Assembly: GCA_977017575.1 (NCBI GenBank)
Contig: CDRNVI010000074.1
Location: forward strand, 59,753 to 123,752
Source: Paramoeba atlantica
Lineage: Eukaryota > Protista > Discosea
Direction of reading: 5' to 3'
Length of the DNA stretch: 64,000 nucleotides
The notes beneath the pieces are model-generated. The model worked only from the letters and a program-made list of their open reading frames with translations. It ran no database searches and had not been told where the DNA came from. Below are positions 21,246 through 31,800 of this stretch, one piece after another; within the stretch, counting starts at the first letter, position 1, and each line of letters begins with the position of its first letter. The translations under genes were made by a program, and so were the position numbers.

Positions 21246-22784
21246 GGGCAGCGATATGTACCTCCCCCCTACAGGTCTTGTATTTTGTCCGATTTTGGAG
21301 ATATTTGGTATACCACCGTTTTTCGACCCAATCGTTCCGAATCCGAGGTCCTTTTCACTCGAGCGACCCCCTACCCCCCCTAGCCAGGTAGGGGCCAAAA
21401 TGTACGTGAACACGAATTTTGAGATAATTTTTTGGATATTTTTCGTAAAATTGAGACTTGAATACCACGTATAACGGATGGAAACAAACAGGAAGTTGAT
21501 CGTTAGTATTTCGTTAAGTGACCCTTCGCCTTCTTAACAGCCAAAAGACGCTTTCGATAGTTTCTAAAAATATTTTTGAGCAATTTTTCTGAATCACGTT
21601 GGAAGAAAGAAAAAGTTTCTCGGATTGATTCCCTGAGTTGGGTTTGATTTCTAGGTTTCAAAACGTCCTTAATGTACCGATCCATATTCGCCCACACGGT
21701 TTCGACCGGTTAAGATCGGGTGATAACGGGGGGAAGTCTAGACGGCGTCTTTCATACTTTTTCTTTACGGTAGAGTGGGTAGGGGCATTATCCATTTGAA
21801 GGATGGCACGACGATGAGTGCGAAAAAAATTAACGAAACCACTCTCCTCGTACGCCCCCAAGATGGCTGCAGCGTCAATTGATGCACCACCTGCACCATT
21901 GTACACATGGTAGAAGAGGCCATAGTTATAACTATAGCCCATCCACACCATGATACCCTTTCCACCGAAAGGCTTTCTGCGGCGGTCAGATTGCCTTAGG
22001 CGTGGAGCTTTTATGCGACCGACGTAAAAGTCGTTCGTTGAACTCACGGCGCAATTGAATAATTTTTCATCCGTAAAAACAATGTTCAGGTAATCGGCGT
22101 CGCTCCACATGAGCATGTTGTTTACATATTCAAGACGCAGTTGGATGTGGCGTCGAGTAAGACCAAGGTTTTTAGCCTTGCGCAGGCGTCCATGGCCCTC
22201 TAGAAAAAGGGCTCGTCGCATGGTTCTCAAAGATACACTGTGAGATTGAGACACCTGTCGGTGTATCTCCGTAAAGGTAGGACACCCCTCATCAGTGTCT
22301 TTTTCTATTAGCTTGCATGTAGCAACGCAAGCTTTACGGTATCTAATGGTAAGCTTAGGGTTTCTACTTTTTCTCGGAGGGGTTTCGACGTGACCTCTGT
22401 TTTCAAAGTGGGTAACCCAGTATCTTACCGTCCGTGGGCTAAGTTTATGTAGCCTAGCGACCGCTTTGTATGTCTTTAGACGCTGATAATCGACTATTAA
22501 AGCCGTGCGCATCTCACGACGTACGCGTTGTGAAGGAAGACACGCGGGACGATGTCGTTTCGTCATCTAAAAGCGAAAAAAAGAAAAAAAATGACCCAAT
22601 ATGGGTGTTCTGGAAAAATCATGTTTTTTTCCTCATTTTTTCGAGGTTTCGATATGAACCAGCTTTCCACGAGTGAAAAGGACCTCGGATTCGGAACGAT
22701 TGGGTCGAAAAACGGTGGTACACCAAATATCTCCAAAACCGGACAAAATACAAGACCTGTAGGGGGGGGTACATATCGTTGCCC
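21246..22784 (-). mobile_element. Tc1/mariner DNA transposon with ~115-bp terminal inverted repeats
   Basis: 21246-21361 is a near-perfect reverse complement of 22670-22784; encloses a transposase. Confidence 0.88.
21503..22566 (-). pseudogene. Frameshifted Tc1-like transposase
   Basis: HTH, IVFTDEKLF, LQMDNAPTH, PPLSPDLN; the C-terminus (VWANMD..VKKAKGHLTKY) is in another frame. Confidence 0.85.
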
Positions 22785-23253
22785 ATCACTGTATGGAGGG
22801 TGGTATTTGTCGGATATGGGGGCTACTCCGGAACTATTGAACCTCACCAGAAGCGGACGTGTGATCCCATAGCACATTAAAGCCTCTCCTTGGATGAGCG
22901 GAAAATCGTCGCAGCAACAGTCTATTACTTCCCTGGGCTGAATTTCGAAGAATAAACATTTGCAAAAAAGATGCCCCCTTCTAGAGTAGCGTCGAGGATC
23001 GGGTCTCGAACCCAAATATTGCAGAATATTTTTCCTATTATTTTTTCTATAATAAACCACATTCCCGGTTAACATACCTATACATTGGATAACATACCGG
23101 GGGGTATGTTCTTCTGGCCCGCAACACTTACAGTAACATACATCCCTCGTCCCACGGCTTTTTGTCCCATGGACTCTGTCGGTAGAGAGGTCCAGGCAAC
23201 TCGCCTCTCTTTATGGAGCCGGACGGGCGCACTGCAACCGACCGCTGCCTCGC

Positions 23254-23350
23254 GATAAGACGAGGCAGAGCCACACCCAGTGGTCCTCAAGGGGAAGTCT
23301 CAAGGTATACCCACCAGGTATACCACACAAGGGAAATGAGTCACTCTTCG
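23254..23350 (+). repeat. Partial dispersed copy of structured element X (X3)
   Basis: gataagacgaggcagagccacacccagtggtcctcaaggggaagtctcaagg closely matches the central block of X in the SL/5S array. Confidence 0.75.
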
Positions 23351-23627
23351 TACGTCGCAGAAGGATTGAATACACAAAGTTTTGAAAGGGACTGCGCAGT
23401 TAGGCTCTCTATTTTTCGAATGTACAAGAGGAAACGAGGGTATTATTCAGAAAACTGGTCCAAAGAAAGTATTTTGTCTGCACCCAAAATGTTTATATTT
23501 TGATCGCGCCCAACGACACCAACCCCCTAGTTATTTGTCATCTACCGAACGCCCCCCCCTAGTTTTTCGTCACACATCCAACCCCCCTAGTTATTTGCCC
23601 CTTTTCTCCAAAAAGCGGTGACAATTA

Positions 23628-25611
23628 AGAGGGTTGAAACCTGTTAATTTTTGCCGGGTTTTGCCAGGTTTTGCCAGGACACCTACTTTTGGGGGCGTCA
23701 TTTTGGGAGACGTGTCACGGCTTCAAGAAGGGGTATCTTGTGAAAACAACGTCGTAGAAAGCTAGTACACTGAGTCATCCGCCAGAACTCAGCGTGGTGT
23801 GGGCCTCATAGAAAATAAGAATTTTAGGTAAGAAGAATTTTAGGTTATAGAGTTTATCTTACACTATTACATTGTTTATCTTACACTGTTACATTTTGCA
23901 CTCTATATGAGGCCCACACCACGTTACGTAAGGAAACAAATTGCAGAGCTCTACGACAGCGGTGTGTCTATGAGGTCCATCTCTGATACTGTAAATTTAA
24001 GTATCTCAACAATTTCTATGATATTAAAGAAAGAAAGGCCTGATACTCTCAGGATGCAGGGTGGACGCCCTCGAAAGCTTTCCGAGCCGTGCACACGCCG
24101 TGTGCGACGACTTGTGTTCTCCGGAAATTCTGCGCGAGAGGTATCATCTCAGCTGCGCCGCAAGGGCGTTGCTGATGTTGTTCCTCAGTCTATCCGAGTT
24201 TCGATGCACCGCTTCGGACACAAAGGTAGAAAGCGTGTCCGCAAGCCCTACCTGTCCAAGCGCCATCGCAAGCTTCGGATGGACTTTGCCACGGCCCATG
24301 AGCACTGGACAGTGCACGACTGGGCTCCAGTTGTATGGTCGGACGAGACGAAGATCTCGCGCTTTGAAACGGGGGGAATTCTTTGGACATGGGGGACCCC
24401 GGGGGAGGAACTGGGTGAAAAAGGGGTAATTCCCACGGTAAAGTACGGAGGGGGGCACATCATGATTTGGGCGTGCATGTCCCGAAGCGGTGTGGGGCAT
24501 GTGCGTCTAGTTCAAGGGAACCTGAACGCCACACAGTACGTCGAGATTCTTGAAGAGAATCTTGCCCCCTCCATCGAAACTATGCGTCTAGACCCCCCAA
24601 TGGTCATCTTCCAACAAGATAATGACCCCAAGCACACAAGCCATTGTGCGCAACGGCACCTCCGGGGTACCGGGTTTGAAGTCATGCGGTGGCCCCCGCA
24701 GTCCCCTGACTTAAATCCAATCGAAAACGTTTGGGGGGAACTCAAGCGGCGCCTTGCAGCGCACGATGATCCACCAAGCGGGGTCCGAGAGTTGTGGGAG
24801 AGGGTAAAAATGGAATGGGCGAACATACCACCCTCAGTATGTGTGCCCAGGTGGACAGTATGCCTGCCCGTATGAAGGCAGTGCTGAAGGCTCGTGGGGG
24901 GAATACTAAATACTAATTTTAGGGGCATAATCTCTCTTGGGCGATTACGTTTCATCTATTTTTTGGGACAAGATTTTCTCTATAATAGGTAGCAAAAAAA
25001 CCTTTCGAATGCTAAACTTTTTTATATTCATTCTTATTTCTTTGGTAGAACGAACTGAGGTGAGCTATCTACGGGTACTATTAGGTGACACTCATGCCTA
25101 CACTACTAGCACACATTACCAGCGCAACGGTGATATTTAATCAATAGCTCTATACAAAAGAAATAAAAACGAAACATTCGAACGGTTTTTTTGCTGACTA
25201 TATATAAGTTTTTTTGCTGACTGTATAAGTCTCAAACTCTCAAACTACTACAAGTGATATGATTTTGAAAAACTGTTTTTTAAGCCAAGTTTTTCACCAA
25301 GTTGACTTTTTCAATTTTCTTTTCAGAAAAAACCGAACTTGGCGGCCCCGTCCTGTTGATACCAGGGGGAGTCGTCCCCGAGTACGCGGGTGGAAAATGT
25401 GCGCCAAGACCTCGGCTACCCTTTCTGGGGGTTTATTTAGAAAAATATTTTTTTCACAATTTTCATTTTTTGTGGCGCAAAAAATGTTTTGCAGCGCACG
25501 ATGAAGACCAAGTATGTTCTTCACTAATTTTGACAAAGTACTATCTTCGCCACCTCAATGAGGAATATGCGGGTTTTGCCAGCTTTTGCCTTTCATAGGT
25601 TTCAACCCTCT
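23628..25611 (+). mobile_element. Second Tc1-like transposon with short (15-bp) inverted ends
   Basis: agagggttgaaacct at 23628-23642 and its reverse complement at 25597-25611 flank a DD34E transposase. Confidence 0.7.
23907..24916 (+). CDS. Tc1 DD34E transposase, frameshift near 24845
   Basis: VVWSDETK, FQQDNDPKH, WPPQSPDLNPIENVWGELK; the canonical tail SMPARMKAVLKARGGNTKY* is in a shifted frame. Confidence 0.9.
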
Positions 25612-25808
25612 AAGTAGGGGGGGTATAGTACCTACATTGTATATCTTGATAACACACCGGGGGGGGGTATATAACTAACCGGAAATGTGGCTTACATAAA
25701 CAGAGTAAAGGAAACTTCATGCACTTGATGTCATCAGTATACCAGCATAAACGTATAGCATTAAAGTGCCTAGCACAACAAATTTATACTATATCTTTTT
25801 GTTAGATT

Positions 25809-28800
25809 ATGTCTAAATCACATACGCCTGCACCCAGAGCTGCGCTGCCAAACGATTTCCCTAAACTCTGGGCGGATGACTCAGTGAAAAATATTTCAGA
25901 AAAATCCCATGCACCCAAACTGGTCCCAGGTGCAGCAAATATTCCAGCTCACAACTCTTCCTTAAAATCCCGCAAGGAGACCTCAAGCATGGCGCAACCG
26001 CGTAATGTATTTTCCACTACGAATGTAAACCACCCCTGTCAACCTATCGTTTCATTCAAGCATCCTTATCCAACCAGCGAGGGAAAGAAAGACACTGCTT
26101 CCACTTATGAGTCAAGAAAGACTATAGCTCGAAAAGCAACCTACGAGAATACTGGCAGTGCATTATCAGCTGCACCTGTGATACATAACCCATCCAGGAA
26201 TACAAGGCTAATATCGACTACTGGACGGGATTCCTTTAATTCTGATATGCAGGAGACGGTCGGCAGCATAGATAAGAAACGAAATAGGGCGTCTGATATT
26301 TACTCGAAGAGCCCACAAGAAGATGAACTTGATCCCGTTGTGCCCCTGGTCCCTCGTGTCGGAGCCTTGTCTCCAGATCAAAATATCGTAGCAAAGCAGA
26401 TGTACCCAACTACAGAGAACAACGCAAGCCAAATAAGCAAACAGGACAAGGACTATCAGCATACTTCCCGCCCATCTAAAGACGTGATAGCTAAACCTGT
26501 TTCGCGAAATGCTTCAATTTATATCGGGGAGCGCTCAAGGAACAAAGAGCATCTACCCGACTTTCTTTTTTCAGTAATGAAAACCATAGAGCAATGGAAT
26601 GAACGACTCGCAAAACCCACAAAGATTCCTGTTGTTTCTAGAGAAGAAATCATCGACATGCTTCGGAATGTAAGGCCGGCATGGGGAAGCGAATGCTGTT
26701 CCAAAACACCACAACATGCTTACATAGTTCTTAGACTTTTGCGATCACTTCTTACCGCACCACACACAGGAATTCTTTTTGTTCGGCTGGGTAGCACGGA
26801 AATTTACCACTTGTTGGAGGCCTTGTTAAGCCTACCTCAATCTTTTTTAAATCAGCGTCGTTATCAAGAAACTCTAGTTTCCGTCGTTGTCGAGATCTTG
26901 TTACGAACCAATGAGCGTTCCTTGGAGATAACCTCGACTTTCTTTCGAAAATATATTCCGAACTATCTCGAAGGCGTATATCAACAGGCTTACCTGGATG
27001 CCCAAATTCGACGAACAAGCCTATTGTGCCTTAGGAACGAGCGTTTCGTGGAGGAGAGAAAATCAAGATTTGAGTTGATTAAAAATATTGTAGAAGAATC
27101 TATTGAAAGAGGCATTTTGATTTTGTGTCCTGCAGAAATGATCTCAATTTTATTAAAGCTCTTGCAGACCGAAAGCGCAGCAGCTTCAATAATTGACTGC
27201 TGCCTCCAAAAGCATGTGATTTGCGTCTCACACTTTCTGGAAATTGTACAAGCAACTCTTTCTTCGATTCGCTGCGCGATAAGTGAAACCTCGTTTTCTT
27301 CGTCTATCTCGATTGAAAGAGATACTGCGGACCACGATTCAGTGAAAAGTTGTATCCAAGAGCCTGGCGCAGAAATAAAGCGTACTCCAGCGGAATCGAA
27401 TAATATTTTCTACAGTGATTTCATCAAAGCCAATGTACAGTTGCTGGTTTCATTGTTTGAAAAGACGAGAACCTCAATATTTCAGCATAGGAGTTCTGAG
27501 TCAGTGTCCGATTCGACTAACCGTCAAAGTGCATGTTTGCTGGATTTTTTAGAATGGATTCATACCCATGAAGGGTATTGGTCAGTCTTGTTCTCTGAGA
27601 GCATATTAGCTTACACAGCTCCTCTTCTTGAAGAAATTTTCATGCTTGTATTACCTAGTGGTCATGGGAACTGTGAAACGTTTAGCTTATTATCTGGTGC
27701 AAAATTCGACAATTCGCCTCGCAACAATTTTTTTTTTTGCAGAGTCCTTCTCACATCACTGGTGCACATGCCGTCGGTCGAGGTTGTATGGAGAACCTCT
27801 AAATCCCTCTTTGATTGCTATCTGCACTGTTTTTTTCATGCGCATCAGTGGTGCTACATGCGATCCCTGACAGATGATGAAGAAATGCGAGCCACCATAC
27901 GGACAATTCTTCAGAGAGGCGAATCATGGAAAAACTCGGAGTTATCAAATGACGAGTCATGTATTCCCGTACTCTTGGGTTCATTCGCTACTTATGCAAG
28001 TATATGCATGCAATCGGAGCCGGAAAACTTTCCGGAGGATTCCACTGTTCCCTTAAACCATATTATGAAGCATCTTCAAATGTTTATTACTCACTCCGAC
28101 GGATATCGATTGTTTGACGCAGCTTGGTATTTTTGTGAGATTTTGCTCGCACGAGAAAAACCATTTTATGGAAAATCTCCGCACAAACGTATACGATCAG
28201 GGGAAAATGCGAGCACATGCTCTAATTTCGCATTAGATATGATCAATTTCTTGCTTTCTTTGTGCGAAATCGAAAAATCGACAGCAGACGAGAATAATTG
28301 GATGGTAATTCAAGGGATAAGAGTGAGTACATGTATTACTCTAAAGCAAAAAAAGGATGTCTCACGAATTCTTAATTTTTGTTTTGAGCATCCCAGAAGG
28401 AATATTAGATTCCTAGTGAGTGCCCTTCGCCATAAATTACTTTCGACCGACGCATTTACGAAATGGTACAAAATTCAAGTTGTCGATGTGAAAGTGGATT
28501 TCCTCCAAAGTTTGGTGCAATGTGTAGGATGCCCGACGTGTTCAATAAATTTCTTTACCACTGATGGAAGTAAGGCTGCCGAGGACGCTCAGTTGAATAC
28601 CTGCAGAAAAGCAACTGAATATTCATCGATCAGTATGAGCTATGGGGAGTCAGAAGAGCATGATTGTAACTTGGCGAGATTTTTTATTTCAATTGCGAGT
28701 GAAATAGAGTACGAAGACTTAACTATAATAGAGTGTTTCTTAAACTTTGCGAAACGTTTGTACAGGAAGTGGGGTAGTAAGTTTTGGTCATCGTACGCAT

Positions 28801-31800
28801 CTGTATTCCCGTTCCTGAAGCACGCTGATAAAAAAATTCGTGACGCAGCAGTATCGTGTATTATGTGCATGGAATCACATGATATAGACTTTGAAAATGT
28901 GTTGGAAGACATTTTTTCTGTTGCTGGGCAATGCGAAGAACGAAGCTTTTTATTCCCATTGCTAGTCAAATGTGCAGCTGGACAGAGCAGGAGATCTACT
29001 TCCTCAGTTATAGATTATTTCATTCGTCTTGCTGCTCGCACATGCGGGGTGCCGCGGTTTAAGAGCTTCGAGGCGCTCCGTTCGATTGCTGAACAGCACA
29101 AATCTTCAATATTTCACTTATGCATGCGGTCTCCGCAAGGTTTATTGTCGCTTTTACGTGATTCGTGGAAAGACAAGCAGTCTACGGATGTAGAATACGT
29201 TTTAGAGACAGTTTTAGAGAAAGACTTACCAGAGTTGCTTGCTGAGTCCGCCCATGCTTTGATTCCGATATTAATTTCACAAAGGGACGTAGAGTTGCTG
29301 GATTACTTTTGCAAGCGCATAAACATTCCTGTATCAGAAATTTGCGAAAAAGAGTTCGCTGCGATAGCTGCTGCTCTGCTGGTAAGTGAATTTTCTGATT
29401 ATGCCAAAAATGCGAGCATGCTCGCGTTTTTTGTTGAAGACATTCTGAAAGGTAGAACAGGTTCACATTATTTTGAGAGAAACGAGAAACAGATCACCCA
29501 AAAAATTCTTATGTCATCTTCGGAAATACATGATCAAGAACTTAAGACTACACTGCGCACTACTACACTTAGTATTGCAAAGCTGCTCAAACTCAAGACA
29601 TGTGACATGAACATAAAACGTTTGGAATCTCGATGGAATCCTATCGGGGATACAGAGACCGTTTCTCTCTCAATTCGTGAATTCGTCGCAAGTCATATTT
29701 TCGGTTTGCTCGACATTGTTTGTGGGAGGCTTCAGGTCGGTAAAGAAAATACAGAAGTTCTTCGCGAAGGACATAGTACATATGATTTAAGAAGCGGGAT
29801 CAATGCTCTTCGAATATTAATACATATACTAGGAGAGCGAATCGTTATTGTTGCACAAAAGATTCGCCTTTTGAATCCTTCCGAATTCTTGGAAAGTTTT
29901 TATCCTGAGCTTGTTGTATTTTGGAGAGATTTCATGCGAACTCTACCCGAAAGCTACATGAAAATACATTGGCGCGAACTTTTGGTGGAGACGTTCGAAT
30001 TTGCTGGAGCCAGAACATGTTTAGAAGACGCGCCCTATAGAAAAAATCTACTTGAGATCCTCCAATCCATTTTGTCGGAAAGGAATGCAGATATTTTGCG
30101 CGAAACAGAGGACTTTTTTCCTGAATACGATGCTTTTCGCAAGACAAATTTACATGAGAAAAAAAGTTCACCTGAATCACTTGACCCGGTGAGCCTTCAG
30201 CGACGATTTAGATTCTGCACAGAAGCACTCAAAAGCGATTCACTCAAATGCCGTTTTCTGTACATCAAAAAAATGAGGTTGTTTTTATCTATGCACATTG
30301 GTGCGATACGAAAAATTTCTCCTTCAAAATTAGAAGGCTTTCAGCGAGAGCTTCTCGTGGCTGTCCGGGATCACACGTCCATAGCACAGCACGCTGCCGC
30401 GTGTCTTGGATATATTGGAGCCATCGCTCCCAGCCTTTTGTCCCCGCATTTAGGGGAAGAGAAAGCGACTATCATAGAAAATTTATTGAGCTGGAAAGTG
30501 TTCGCTGCCTATACGATCGAACATTTTTTGATTTGCTCGCTACATACAGTTTCAGATACGAAAATGCACGATAGGGCTGCCTTTGCGATTCAAACATTAA
30601 TTCGTACGTGCTGCGAGGATCGAAAAATACTTTTGAAGGATCTTCACGAGGGCAAGAGCGCCTGGTGGAACACGTTGCCGACTCATGTAAAGGAAGTAAT
30701 ACAGGGTTTTGTACACACCAGCTATGAGGTTAAGGTCATGCTAATTCGAGACCGCAAAGTTCCGGAATATACTAGGGATATGAGCTACAGTAATTGGGTA
30801 AGATTATGGTACACGAACATCAGTTCGAGAGCTGAAAATCTTCAGGCGGGTGTGTTTCAAGCCTTAAGAAACGTGGCCAAACGCGACGTAAAATTAAGCG
30901 CTTTTGCTATTCCATATGTCGTTCATTGCCTCCTTTTATTGGGAACTGATGAAGACAGATCAGGAATAGCAACTGAGATACTTGCCATTTTGGAAAATTC
31001 GAGGATTGCTGCGGAGCATACACAATTTGTTTTTTCATTGCTAGATGGACTCGATAAGTGGTGTGATCAGCAGCGCGGATACATTAGAGCAGAATCTCGT
31101 CGTAGTAAGGGTCCGGAAGACTCCGCCACTACTAATACAACAAATGTGCATCTGAGACGTGTGTCAGATTTTAGAAAATGTATCCCAATGAAACTTTGCA
31201 TCAAAGCTGCATATACTGTGGGAGCTTTTGCCCGCTCCCTCCGGTATGCCGAATTGCACACAAGAAACGAGGTTTCGAAACCTTTAGCTTTGGATAATAC
31301 TTCTTTATTTCCCATATTCGGCAGTGGCGTGTGTGCACCGGAAGACTTGGTTCTGCTGCAAAGTATATACGCAGAATTGTCGGAGCCCGACAGTGCTTCG
31401 GGAGTGACAGTACTGAAGGAGTTGATTTACGAAAAAGATAACATTTTAGACAATGAGACGCAGGGTCTTTGGAATGAATCCTTACGAAATAGCGAACTTT
31501 GCTTGCAACAGGATCCTACTAACCCCGAATATCAACTATCAGTATTAAAAAGTCTGAAGAACTTGGGCCAATTACAGATCATGAGATCACTTGCAGAATC
31601 ATTTTCTCGATCTTCTCACGATTCAAGAAACAATACTTTAATTAAAGATTATTCGGTGCAAGGAGCTTGGAGGCTTTCACAATGGGAGTGTATTCCCATC
31701 GATAATTCTGCGCATACGTATGACATTGGAGTAGGGAAAGTCTTATCATCCATGCACCTCTCCCTTCGATCTCAACAAACGCAAGAAAAACAATGTTTTC

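Noticed and set aside
23254-23305. Twister ribozyme in the X core (TAACAC..GGTCCTCAAG resemblance)
   Set aside because: The P4 stem around the loop cannot form (GG followed by GGG), and P1/P2 partners are missing
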